From NCBI RefSeq assembly GCF_002105155.1, contig NW_019028979.1:248001-312000 (forward strand): a stretch of 64,000 bases of DNA, written 5' to 3'. The position numbers were made by a program, and so were the translations under genes. The DNA is from Lobosporangium transversale (lineage: Eukaryota). Below, one piece after another: positions 1 through 12,483 of this stretch. Position 1 is the stretch's first letter. Each line of letters starts with the position of its first letter. The notes beneath the pieces are model-generated. The model made no database searches. It saw only the letters and a list, made by a program, of their open reading frames with translations, and was not told the DNA's origin.

Positions 1-793
1 AATCAGCTCTTCAGAGGATAAAATAACTAATGCTCCCATTTGGACAGGTAGTAATAAAAAAGGTGTTCAGGAGGAACTTCTCTAATGACTCCAAATCATC
101 CAGGCCATGTTTGAAGGACGTTGAAATCGTCTACGTTGTTTAGAATTCCCTTAATGTCATCGTTTATATTGACTGAAGCCTCAAGTATCCATTCTGGCTC
201 AGTTACACCTGATTACATGTCAAGAAGGCAATGCGACGTGAAGGGAGACAGTTGACCATCATTTAAGATAAATGAAACGATGAGTTCTCAGAAGTAATCT
301 AATGGACAATTTCACTAGCCAAAAAAAAAAAAAAAAAAAAAAAAAAAGTATTGACCATTATTCTTGTAATGAGGATGAGGAGAGGCGAGTAGAAGGCATT
401 CTAAATGGCTAGACAATGGAATGTTTACCTGTATCCACATTTTTACTCGATGTATGCATATTCTCAAGGGAAAAAGACGACAAATGTTGTCCATAATTAA
501 GTATCAACTCATGAAGATATCTATAGAAAAGATTACGAACTATCAATATACATGCTTTTATTACCAACGAGAAATAAAGAACAAGTAGCAGTACTCAAGA
601 TTTAGACATATTTTAAAGGTTCGTTTTTTAAGATGCCAAGTTTATTATGAAAATGCGTAATGTGTTGTTATACAATAGGAAAATGCAAGTGGGGTATGTG
701 AACTTGTACGTGCAGGAATATCTGGGACCTTGGTTCATTGGATATACTCTTGTAGGAATGATAAATTAAGCACAGGCGACTTGATCGGCTTTT

Positions 794-1012
794 TTACATT
801 CTTGCCATAGCCAAAGCTTGCATATGACCCATACAACCCTTCTGAGAGAGCATTTCCAAGCCGGTATTGGGGGAGAGGAGATGGGCATTTGCCTTGTCGA
901 CAACCGCGGAGATATCAGAAGCATTGAGCTGAACCGAAGTACGAGGAGTTTGTGCAGGCGTGGTAGCAGCCGAGGTGGTCTTGTTCTTGTTGGACTTCTT
1001 GAAGAAAGGCAT
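794..1012 (-). CDS. Small uncharacterised protein, 72 aa (microprotein family copy 1)
   Basis: MPFFKKSNKNKTTSAATTPAQTPRTSV... from the internal ATG at 1012. Clearly paralogous to the ORFs at 3508 and 4791. Upstream TATAAAT at 1131-1137 (minus strand); AATAAA downstream at about 557-562. Confidence 0.8.
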   Translation of the reverse strand: MPFFKKSNKNKTTSAATTPAQTPRTSVQLNASDISAVVDKANAHLLSPNTGLEMLSQKGCMGHMQALAMARM

Positions 1013-1130
1013 GATTGTTACAATGTATAGGCTGTAGTTGTAGTTATGAGTGTAGTTGCGGATTGATTGTTTTTGTTTTTTGTTCTGATGTGAGTGAGTG
1101 AGTGAAGGGAAGTGCATGGATCAACAGGGT

Positions 1131-1137
1131 ATTTATA
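1131..1137 (-). promoter_or_regulatory. TATA box of microprotein copy 1
   Basis: TATAAAT on the minus strand about 120 nt upstream of the ATG at 1012; copy 3 has the same element at similar spacing. Confidence 0.55.
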
Positions 1138-3423
1138 TGTTTGTTTCTCTTGCTTGTTGTCATCGTGTCATTACATTAGCATTGGTGCTGAGTTTCAATC
1201 TCTGACCTGAACCGTGCGGGGTGTAGATTTTTCATATCCTTTTTAATGCAGCCGCAACTGCTTGTAGCCTATTCTATGCTCCGCTTAAAAAAAAAAACAA
1301 ATAAAGACTCCGGCCATTCTTCTGTTTATGCGGCAATTTCACACGGTGTAAAAATAGCAAACAACAAATGAACAAGACGGACGAGGTTATGCTAAACACG
1401 TTGGTTGTTTTTGCATGAACGATCGCTTTTCTAACTGACTATGAAAGTGATCCTTGACCTTGTCTCTTTTAAACATCGGCTGTTTTCCTCCTGCTTTTTC
1501 AGAGTCAGCTCACTGAACATTGGTGAAATATTAGGCGATGTGGCGACTGCGTCGCAACATAATCCAAACTTTTATTTCACCCCAAGACTAGAATCTTTTA
1601 CTTCTCCACACCTATGCTTTGATCATAATGCTTTCAATCCTTCTGTATGCTTCTTATAGTTTGTCCATTGTCCTATCATTTATAGAAGATTACTATTTGC
1701 ATATTGACTTCAAGACCTGTCTATTGTCTTCATATTCAGAGCGACGCATAGTTTCTCTCTATACGCCCCCTGCACCGAGTCCATCCAAAGATTAGGAAAT
1801 ATTTAACGGAGCGATCATTTATGGGCAATCAAGGGGTTTTTTTTATTCTTTTGACTCCGAGACTTTGAAACAAATCTTTGATGGAACTCAACTGTCCTTA
1901 AACTCGTATTCAATCAATAGGCTAAAAAATTATTACGCTACAGTGACAGAGCAAAAAAAAATTCTTTACTCTCTAATTTCTATCGCCTTCTAAATTATAT
2001 TTAAATGTGTTATACTACATCAGGTCCTCTTTTAGGAATATCCCGTCAAAGAATAGTGGGGAATCATTTTCAGGCGGAGATTCTCATAGAGGCGGGCTAT
2101 TTGAAATTCATAATATATTTGTAAAAAAGCGCGTAGGTGCAAGCAGGGTAACTCCTCTTTTCTCAAGACAAGGTCGTGGGAGAATAAGCAGAGACGACTG
2201 GTCCATGGTTCTAAATCTGGCGATCTACAAAATGCGTAGATAAATAGGGTTGGTCGCAGTTTGATTGAGATTTTGCACGGCATTGATTCGTCTCTCATAA
2301 TTTGAGGATAAGTACGTATATACAATAGTGACTATGCTCCTCTTGAACAATGTACAAACGGTATGCAATTGTCCACAAAAGAAAGCCTAGAAGAAAGAAA
2401 GATGTTTTGCTGCTAAGGATCGCATACCTCAAAATAACTTCCCAACAAGCGTATGTATAAAGAACGGGATGAAGAAAATTTTCTTTTAAATACTTATTCG
2501 GGGACTATGGATTGAAGTTTGGAAGAGTAAAGACAAAATCATCATATTTAGACTTGTTCCTCCAGTAGCATGAAAATGTATTACTCATATTTCAAGATTA
2601 TTACACCCATATACTCGCATTTGATAGAGCTCATTATTGTTCTGCTGTATCTTTTGATGAAATTAGCAAATATTTCATAGTCTCTCTCATGAACCTTCTC
2701 CTTTGCTTCAAACAGAGACAAAATCCATATTTAATGCATAAGATATTAAAATTTCGACGGGCAAACAACCTGGCTACTCATCACATATAACAGAATAACA
2801 TTTCCAATAAGTTCAACAAGAGCGGGTCTATTTCGACTGTTCCTACCCTACTTAGATCCTCCATTAATTAATTGATGAACCTCGTCCTAACTATGCTGGT
2901 AATACCAAACAACAGCAGTAGAAGCAGGTTCAGGAAATCGAGATGTTCTATAATCTTATTTCCAAGATCATTGCTGGACTTTAAATGAGTTCTCATTCTC
3001 AAAGTTAACATAAAAAATGACTACACTTTACAGTTATCTATAGGCATTTTTACGGTACATGTGCATAGGTTTATTCTACCAACTTCCTTGCTCTGTATGT
3101 TTAAGTTATGGTAATCATGCATAGCTTGGCAAAAGATTAATACCGCAGTAGATATTATTATTGCTGTGGGACGCGCAAAATATTGTTCCAAATAAGGACA
3201 CGACCCTCACGATTTTAAAAAAAAAGTTTGGCGGGTGGAGATCCAGTCCAAAAAAAAAAATTACAAACATAATTTCTTAAGTGCTTTAATTGTTATGCGA
3301 TCTATGAATGGAAATGAACCGCACGCAGTACAAATCTACAGCAGTTGGACCGGCAGGGTATTAAGAACCATTGCTTCTAAAAAAAGTGTAACTTGAAATA
3401 GTCCAGCAAATGAAAAACATCTT

Positions 3424-3456
<33 letters not shown>

Positions 3457-3507
3457 CACTATCAAGACAATACTCACGAACCATCAAGAAGCCGAACAAC
3501 AACAGCC

Positions 3508-3699
3508 ATGCATTTCTTCAAGTCGTCCACCTCTGCCTCCAAGAAGAACCAGACCTCATCTGCTACTACTACGCCTGCACAGACTCCCCGCAACTCGGTG
3601 CACGAGACCCGCTCAAGAATGATGACCCAAGACGAGGCCCTCGAGATGATTCTCTCCAAGAGCATGGCCAATGCCGCTTCCGGCCCCTTTGTTCGTTAA
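3508..3699 (+). CDS. Small uncharacterised protein, 63 aa (microprotein family copy 2)
   Basis: MHFFKSS...TTPAQTPRNSV...ALEMILSKSMANAASGPFVR. Strong C-ending codon bias, GCCATG start context, AATAAA at about 3844. Confidence 0.85.
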   Translation: MHFFKSSTSASKKNQTSSATTTPAQTPRNSVHETRSRMMTQDEALEMILSKSMANAASGPFVR

Positions 3700-4651
3700 A
3701 CCATTCTGAAGCAAATCTTCCCTGAAAGGGGATGCTTTAACACAAAAAAAATCCCTTCCCTTTCTATATCCTCTCACAAAAGCATCTAAAAAATATATAT
3801 ATAAATATTTTATTGTACCATAATTTTCGCATTTTTGCATAGTAATAAAAAGTCAAAAAAATTGAAAAGAAACGTTAACTTTGTTACGAGGCCCTAGGTA
3901 TTCATGTAGATATGGTTGCTTTGAGTAGTTTGTAGCATCCTGGAAGTCTCCAAACACACTATTATCCTCGTTATTTGGCTACGAGCATCTACAAGTTATA
4001 ATGACAAAATTAACCTGCCAGCCCAGCAAAGGACCTTAGACTCTAGATTCATAAAATTAATACAATACGATACTTTTCCCAGGGTCAATTGATTAGGAGA
4101 TTAGGATTGGGATATGTCTGGACCAGATAATGAGAACAACATTTTTATTTTATATAAATATTTTTATTCTTTTTGACGAGTTTTTTTTTTTTTTTTTTTT
4201 TTTTTTCTTTTTTTTTTTGCGTTTGGCGGAAATTGATTAAAATGGAGAAAACAGATGCAATCAGCTATGAGTTTTGCTATCAGTTTGTTACGGTATACTC
4301 TACAAGAATAAAAAAAAACGTACAATCATGCTACATGTCGCGACATTACTAGCACATTCCTCCTAATTTTCTCTGCTGCTGACTGTAAGATTCTTTGCTT
4401 GCTTCATTGGCTTTTTTCCTCGATAGGTGCAACATGTCTGACAAAGGATCTGCAGGAAGTGAGGAGGTTGATAAAGTATAACATGTTCAGTAAATGGGCA
4501 TGTTCCTGGATATTATTTTTCTATTTAAAAATCCGAAATGAAACGACATCATTTCTCTCCGCAGGCCGCAGCAGAAATAAACTCAGACGTTCATTTCCAT
4601 ATTTGGCATGGACATTTTAAAAAAATTACTGCGGGTTAGAAACTCAACAAG

Positions 4652-4658
4652 TATAAAT
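4652..4658 (+). promoter_or_regulatory. TATA box of microprotein copy 3
   Basis: TATAAAT about 135 nt upstream of the ATG at 4791, followed by a CA-rich leader. Confidence 0.55.
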
Positions 4659-4790
4659 AAGATAACTCTGCTCGCCAATATTTCTACTTCATTAAAATCT
4701 ACTCAATCAGTAGAACAACAAGCCAAAAGCAACCAAAAGCAAAACAACTTTTACTCAAGCAAAAATATCCAAATAAGCATTTCTGTCATA

Positions 4791-4973
4791 ATGACCTTCT
4801 TCAAGTTCAACAAGAACAAGTCTGCTTCCGCTGCTTCTTCCCCTGCCGCTACTCCCCGTACCTCTATGCAAGGACATCGTGCTTCTCAGGACAAGCTCTC
4901 TCAGCAAAAGGCTCTTGAGATACTGATGAACCAGTCAATGCCTAATGCTGCTTCCGGTCCTTTTGTTCGTTAA
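4791..4973 (+). CDS. Small uncharacterised protein, 60 aa (microprotein family copy 3)
   Basis: MTFFKFNKNKSASAASSPAATPRTSM...ALEILMNQSMPNAASGPFVR. The last 9 aa are identical to copy 2; AATAAA at about 5094. Confidence 0.85.
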   Translation: MTFFKFNKNKSASAASSPAATPRTSMQGHRASQDKLSQQKALEILMNQSMPNAASGPFVR

Positions 4974-5251
4974 AAAAAATTAATTGGCAAGATTCAAGGC
5001 CTCAACGAGCTATAATAGCTTCCATCGTTCATACCCATTTGCATCCATGACACTTTCCTTGTATAGTATTGCACTAGTCCTCTACCAAACATTAATAAAA
5101 TCACTTAATTAAACCTATCTACTTTTTTTTTTGACATGACGATGTAATACATCCATTCTTTGATATAAATGAAAGGAGAGAATAAATATTAATAAAGGTA
5201 ACACGGGTGTCTATTATAATTATCATTTCCATTTTATTTAATGCTGTCTAA

Positions 5252-8200
5252 TTAATTTTTGATGGCACGCCTTGCTGTTTCTAGTTGGCTGAGTAACTCG
5301 CTTACTTGGTCCCGGTATGCTTCCTTGACATCCAATAGATCTGCTTTGAGTTCCTGGACCTCCTCGGTCCGTTCTCCCAGCATCTCAAGCGCAGCTCGAT
5401 GACGCTCCTGCAACAAATCTAACTCTTGTTTCAGCCCAGGAAGACGTGCAGCTTGCTTTTGTAGGTCCTCCAATTCCATTGTCACCCGAACAAGTTCATT
5501 CGAAAGCTCATCTATAGACATTCACACATATATAATAAAAAGGGAAAAGGGAAGAGGTTTATAAGGTGTCGTATCAAGCGCGTTTACAATAGCCTACAAA
5601 AGACATATCACTAGTGTACCACGAGGTGATGCGCTCCCAACGATATTAGTCTTACCTTTATTCCTATTTGCTGTCCGTACTTGTTCACTCAGGAAAGTGA
5701 CCTGGCCTTCTAGCTGTCGAACAACTGTGCTAAGCCTTTCCACCGCCACTGCCTGCCCTGTCGCATTGCTACTAAGACCCACAAGCCCTACAGCTTGAGA
5801 GGAACCCGTGCGAGACAGTGACGGCGACATGCCGTCCAAGCTTGCGGGACTGGCTATCAATTCAAGACTAGACCGGACACTACCCTGAGCCTGTGCACCA
5901 AGTGTTTTTGAGCCACTCATAGTTAATGGGCTTCCTGGCGGGAACAAAGGCGACGAAAGTCCTGCAGATGATGATGGCCTTCGCATTGTTGCTGCCGCTG
6001 AAGTTGCTCCCATCGAAAGATGTGGGTCTGATGCATTATTAGGATACCGTGTGTCCTCACCTATTGCTCCTTGGCTTTGTTGCTGCTGTAGCTGCTGGAT
6101 TTGTTGCTTCAATTTGTTCATCTCTGTCTGCTGTAAAAGACGAAGCTTCCTTTCTGCGTCGTCTCTGGCCTCTTCAATCGCACGTTCACGGTTGAGGCGT
6201 TCTTGAGTCAACTCTGCTTGCATACGGCGTGCCTCATCCTCCTTATCTTTCAGATTCCTCTTACTGTCGCTGATTTCTGCACGGAGCTGAATGTCTGATG
6301 TCCTCAATGCCTCAAGACGCGCTTCTAAAGCCACATAACGTGATTTCTATATATATATTTTAATGCAACATTAGTATAAATATTCAAATTATTCGAAGCA
6401 ATGACTATTCCAAACCAAAGACATACAAATACTGTGCCTCATTTACCATTTCATCGAGCTTGTCACGAGCACTGCGCTCCCGTTCCTGAGCCTTGAGCGC
6501 ATCTTCCTCCGCTTCTGCAATACGCCGCGTCAGATTCTTCTCAATCTTGTCCCAGTTTCGGTTGGCGACGCTCTGCTGGTTCTGTAAAGCTTCGATTTGT
6601 CGGAGAAGTGGACGTCGGGCTTCGTCCAGAGCTTCTTGTAATTCATATGAGTCATTATCAGTTTGCTCCAACCGTGCCTGAAGGTTTCTGATCTCCATCA
6701 GCAACTGATCCTCCCTTTCTCCAGCAGATTCCTCACGATTAGAAAGAGACACTCGGAGCTCCTGGATGTCTTGACGGAGATTGGCTTCAATAGCAGCATG
6801 TTGAGCTTTGAGGGCCTCCATCTCATTATTCAGCTCCTCATTCAGCTTCATTTCGCGCTCTAATGATGCGGCATGCGCCTGGTTAGACAACTCAGCAGAA
6901 GCTTTGCGGGCCTCTGCCAGCTCTTGCCAAGCACGGTCTAATCCTAGTTGCAAATTAGCTTTCTCTTCCTTGAGTTGGAAGAGCTCTGCCTCCATCTTTG
7001 TCAATTGCTTATTCTGCCGCTGATTGATATCCTGTAACGACTTGATGGACTCTAAATGTGCCAAGATTGATGTAATTTCATATCGAATTATTAGATATTC
7101 TGAAAAGCAAATCTTAGGGACCAAATTATTAATGTAAATTACCGTTAAGTTGCTTGTTTTCGTCCATAAGCTTGGAGATCTTCGCCTGTGCATCAGCATA
7201 ATCCGATAGCACCTTATCAAGCTTCTTTTGAGTGTCCATCTGAAGCTTCTCAGCTTCAATGTTCTTTGTTCTTAGTGCTTTGATGGTGGTCAGATTCTTG
7301 AACTCCTTTTTTGATAGGACCTCCCCTAATGTATAGTTGATATCGCACGGTAGTAATTAAATATTCCCGCCTTTTTTTTTTTTTTTTTTTACACATTCTT
7401 CGCGAATTGCCTGTTACTAAAGACCCCCATACCTTCTGCCAATAGCCCTCTGATCTGCTCATCTTTGTCTTCCAAAAGCGCACGTTGCTCCTCAAGAGTC
7501 TTTTGGATGGATTTTGGCTGACTAGTAAGGTTGGACCCTCTGGCTACTTCAAGTTCCTTCTTTTGAGTCTCAATAATTTTTTCTAGGCCAGCAATCTTGG
7601 TGGCCTTTAGAGCATCCTCAGCAGCCTTTGCATCCTCCAAATCACGGAGCTTTTCAAGTAGTGAAGACTGCTCCTGCATTGCCTTGAAAAGCTGTTCCTC
7701 GCGCTGCTCCAGTACCTTCTGCAATGGATTCTCATTATTGGTTTCATGCCTTTCTTTAACTTTAAGCTCTGGTTCAATATTTACTGGAGTGATCCCCTCC
7801 GTAGCAGATGCTGAAGTCGGGGCTTTAATATCCTCGATTTGTGTATTAGGGTGATCTGTTGACGTTGATGCTTTTGCATCTGTAGTCTGTTCAGAGCTAG
7901 CGGCGGTGGACTTCTCTGGTTCCGATGTAAGTGCGGTCTCCTCTTGTGATGGTTGATCTTCTGTTGTATTCTGTTCAGGCTCATGAACAACGTTATTCTC
8001 CTCTTTTTTAACAGCTGGCTGCTCTTTATCTACCTTAATCGTTTCTACTGTTGATTCTGACGGCGTAACTTCTTCCTGCTTATCCTCTGCATCTGCTTTG
8101 ATAAACTCTTTTCCATTCAAACTATCTTCATAGTTGGCGTCTTCTTGACCTTCTTGAGCTAGTATTGGCTCTACCTTTGCCTGTTCAAGCGAGTCACTTA

Positions 8201-9284
8201 TTGTGAGTTGATCCTTACTATCATTGTCTTTTTCGACATCAGACGTAATCTCTGTTAAGTCCTGTACTTCTGAGGCCTTGTCCTTAGATTCCAATACTTT
8301 CTCATTGTCTTCTTGTACATCGGTTTCGACATCTTCCTGTGTACTCTTCTGCATATCCTTCTGTGTATCCTTCTGCGTGTCATTCTGTACGTCTTTTTGT
8401 GTAGCCTCCTGTATATCTTTCATATCCTCTTTGGAAAATTTGGTTTCCTCGTCGGTCGAAGCGGCGACAGTTGATTCGCGCGTTCGTTCCACACTGTTTT
8501 TATCGATTGCCTTATCATCCTTTTCTGCAGACATTGATCGGCGAACGGATGAAGATGGAGACGCAGTGCGAGAATGGGCCGCAATAGCTGTGGGCGTGGC
8601 AGATGGAGACTCTGGTGCAGCTTTTTTAAAAATACCCCGCATCCTTTGCTCCAAGCGTTCCCTATTGGCGGCAGCGGCAGCAGCGGCAGCAGACAATGTG
8701 GTCGATGCATTAGAGACCAGCGAAGAGGGATTATTATTATTGTCACTCCCTGAGACTGGCGGTGTTGACATGCGCTTGACAGTGGGAGTAGTAGTGATCA
8801 TTCCCGTAAAAGGGTCTACTGTAACAGTCGCTTCCTCTTTCTTAACATTCATTTTGAGTCCATCCTGGGATCCTCTCGCACTGCTGGCCATGTTTGAAGG
8901 TTTACGAAGGGTATCATGGTTCTTGCCACTTTTATTTTGAGTCCCAGCATCGCCTGTATCAGCAGAGTCTCCTGAAGATGGTACCTGAGGTGGCGCTACC
9001 TCCTTTGGCTGTGTATCTTTTGTAGTCGATTGACTGGTAATGCTGGATGGTAAGACTGTCGCATTAGGTGAGAAAGAAGTGAGAGTACCAGCAGCTCCAC
9101 CATGAATAGGAACTTGGATATCTAGGACCATGTCTAACTTGGATTCAATTGTTGATAATCCCTGCTTAAGAAACGAGCCCCATCCTCCACTGCCACTGCC
9201 ACTACTGCCTCCATTGTTATTTGACGACAACTTATTGGCATTGGTCCCAGAACCTGAACCTGCGGTGCCAAAGAAGTTGCTCAT
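5252..9284 (-). CDS. SGM1: TMF1/Sgm1 family Golgi coiled-coil protein (golgin), multi-exon
   Basis: N-terminal GWGSFLKQGLSTIESKLDMVLD motif; spliced LLAEG|EVLSKKEFKNLTTIKALR (TMF N-terminal conserved domain); long coiled coil; C-terminal RHRAALEMLGERTEEVQELKADLLDVKEAYRDQV (TMF C-terminal domain). GT-AG introns. Confidence 0.88.
8325..8425 (-). repeat. Degenerate 12-nt coding tandem repeat (QKDx units)
   Basis: Encodes KEDMKDIQEATQKDVQNDTQKDTQKDMQKSTQEDV within the golgin N-terminal region. Confidence 0.6.
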
Positions 9285-9753
9285 TACGAATTTTCTTGGC
9301 TGAGGATTTCTCTCTATCTCCCTCTTGATATTCCGCTATTTCTCTCTCTGGTTACTACTCTGTTGAACATGAGAAAGAGATGATTCGATAAATAAATATT
9401 TTTTTTTTTTTTGCTTTTATGTTTCTTTGCATTGAGTTTACACATTCACATTATATTCATATTCTATTCATTTACCTGAGATGATGTAATCAAAACACGA
9501 ATGAGCTGCCTTAAAAGAAAGAGAAATGATGCCACTATAGGCGCAAGGATAAATGTAAACTGAGATGGATATGGTCAGAGTCAGACACAAGATTGCAACG
9601 GATCATTTGCAATGTAATGCAGTTACAGCTGTGCCTATTTCTGGCCATCCAACTTGGGCGTACAAAAAAGAGTTGTTCAACACAAATAATAGACCTGTTT
9701 GTTTAAAGTGTATACATGTATACAATTTCTTATTACATATTTTAATTCTTCAG

Positions 9754-11850
9754 CTAACTATAATACATGTTGATGGCATCAAACTGAAGGACAGTACTAT
9801 AGATCTTATTGCCGACAACTGCTTCTGCTTGAATTTCATTTAAACCAAAGTTCATAAGTACCTTGACTCTCACCTATATTACCATAGTGGATTGTATATC
9901 GATTCATTAGCCATTTGGTTTATCATTCAATGAACAAAATAAAATGAAATAAAAATTCATTAACTTAATCAAGGTTACCATTGATCCCAGTGGGGCCGAG
10001 GGTGCATGGGGTGATGGGATTGGAATATCTGCCAACTTTGTTACACCCACATCAGTAGTGTATCGTGGAGGTTCGCCGTCAGCATCGCATGCATAGAGTG
10101 CAATATTGTATTCCTCCTGAATGTCATTTGTGAATTTGGTAAAGGAGAACTCACGCGATATGCACTCATCCACATTAAGCTTCTGTCCCTTACGGACAAA
10201 AGGTGTGAACCGATCAATGCACCATACACCATTCACCTCGAACTTACGCTTGGCGATCGGATCCTTTCCCTTTTCAAAGGGCTGATCAGAGGAAATACCA
10301 TAAGATCGACGTGCAATGCGTGCAGTGACAACACGAGGATTCAGGCCTGCCGTGACAGCACCTCGCACAACAGCCATTTCTGCACGTGGTGGGGTGGAAA
10401 TAAGCTCCACTTGGTGTTTAAACTGTGATTTGACGCGGCTATAGAGATAGTTGGAGGAACCGAAGCCTCCTACCAGAAAAATGGCAGAGCAATGCTTGGC
10501 CTGGCTGAGCTGATGTTGAATGAGTGAAAGCACGTCCTTCACTACGGGCTCAAAGACGTGTTCCTTCAGCTCGAGTGCACTCAAAACCATGTAGCCGTCG
10601 TCGATGCCGATTGCTTCCGGGTTCTCCAGTTCGTCAAAGCACTTATTCGCCGGCAGCTGAAGAAACTGTTCCTCGAGACCATCAAACTGAGGCTTGATTA
10701 CATCTGCGAATGTATCGACTAGGTTAGGGATGATGGTCGCGGGGAAGTTGGCGGCACTGTGTCCGAATTTACGCTCCAAGAGAAGTCGCATGTTTCTATC
10801 CAAGAAGACTGAACCACATGAAGCACCATGACCTTTGGTGACTTCTGAGAGCCGCCGTCCACCATTGGTCTCTGCGATTTCAAATACAATCAAATCCACA
10901 GTTCCTCCGCCAGCGTCGCATATCATGAAACGATCCCCATGGCCTAAATTGAACTGGTCACATTTGCGTTCGCAGTAGAGGGCTGCGGCCTCTGGTTCTG
11001 AAATAAGCATGAGTCGATCAGGGTGGTCCGTTTCCTTAATAATTTTCGCCTTGATGGCTGCTTGACGCATAACATTCTTGGCCTTGTCTGACCACATGGC
11101 CGGAACTGTCAAACAATACCGAATATGTTCTCGTTGAAAATTTTTTGCAAACCCACGCATGACTTCGCCCGCAACATAATCATGAAATGCAGACAAGTAG
11201 TCAGAGATGGCATCTAGAACAGTAATATCAACGTCTAAGGGTGAATGGTGCATGTTTTCGTCAAGGTAAAGTTTGTATTGCTGAAGAAGAGTATGGTGTT
11301 TTGCTGTAGGTTTGAGCATCTCCAGCTTTGCCCTCCATCCCCATGCCATCAAGTTGTGCTCGGGGTCATTCTTTTTGTAGAGATTTATCGTTGGTGTTTT
11401 TGGGTATTGAATAATCTGTCGTGGCCTATCTTCCCCGTCCGGAAAATAGGTAAACAAAAAAAAGAAAGAAAGAAAGAGAAAGGGAGAGAGACGTGTCAAC
11501 AGTTTTTCTTATCACTATTTTTATTGTTCGTACGTTGTAGCAAGCAACAAGCTCTTGATTATGATCGCATTTTGATGTAGTGGAATAGGGAGGTGGGGGT
11601 CTTACCATGATGTGATATCAATGATTTCCTGGTCATCTTGGGCATATGCATAGGCACACCCTCTAATAAACCCGAAGTGTATAAGATTGACATAGTGTGT
11701 TAGCGTGGTGCTATACTAGGACGGTGAGTTTTCACAAGGAGTTTACTGCAACGTTTTCTGTGTATTTTCGTCGACGTACGAGAAAGTGGTGCCAAAGTCA
11801 ATGGCCATGACGATGGGATAGTCTGCTGGATTGAAGATTTGCTGCTGCAT
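9754..11850 (-). CDS. Atypical Hsp70 family protein (HSPA12-like), 4 exons
   Basis: Spliced MQQQIFNPADYPIVMAIDFGTTFS|GCAYAYAQDD...ITSW|PRQ. Motifs LTVPAMWSD, ISEPEAAALYC, ICDAGGGTVD, FLVGGFGSS. Last exon VRVKVLMNFGLNEIQAEAVVG...YYS* ends at 9754. No EEVD. Confidence 0.92.
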
Positions 11851-12483
11851 TGTATAGAAGGAGTTGAGGGTGTGTAGGGTATTGGTGGCAATTAAAACTG
11901 GACAAGAAGGGATAATAGAAGTTGGAGGGTTATTGGTACAGTTTAGCAATAGAGTCGATATTTACAAATATTAAAGAAGTTGAATTGAAGTGGAGAAGAG
12001 AGAAGAGAAAAGAAATGAAGAGAAAAAGAAAAGCTTAATATTAAAAATCATTCAAACCATGCAGTCCGCAGCATTGGCTCTCACACAGTCAGCATTATTT
12101 TTCGATCTGTGTCACTGTCACTCCTCCATGGTCAGACAGTAAAAACGCCGTTTTGAAAAGTCGAGCTTTTGATCTTTGGGCTGTGCGCCTCCCTCAATAA
12201 AAAATAAGAGTCAACGACGATGGTGATCGGTCGTTCTTAGTTCGGGACGTCTTGCGCTAGTGATACAATTGATACTAAGGACATCTTTTGGGTGTTCGAG
12301 CTGATGCATCTTGTCCTAGTCTAAAAGTGCAGACAATCAAAATAAAAAAAAAAAAAAAAAAAAGAGTCCGCGGAAAACGGTCGCGGAATACATCCCTAGC
12401 CCCTTAAATTTTAATTATAACACGTCAAAATATGATTTATATTTTTTTGTTTTACATTCGACACGAACATATTCCATTTCATC

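Noticed and set aside
4608..4790. Upstream ATG extensions of the microprotein ORFs (also 1013-1117)
   Set aside because: Homology among the paralogues begins at MxFFK, and the ATG at 4608 lies upstream of the TATA box.
794..4973. Microproteins as CAAX lipopeptide pheromones or Kex2-repeat precursors
   Set aside because: No C-terminal CAAX, no signal peptide and no internal KR-delimited repeats.
8224..8940. 238-aa ORF antisense to the golgin
   Set aside because: S/F/L-rich mirror of an E/K/D-rich exon.
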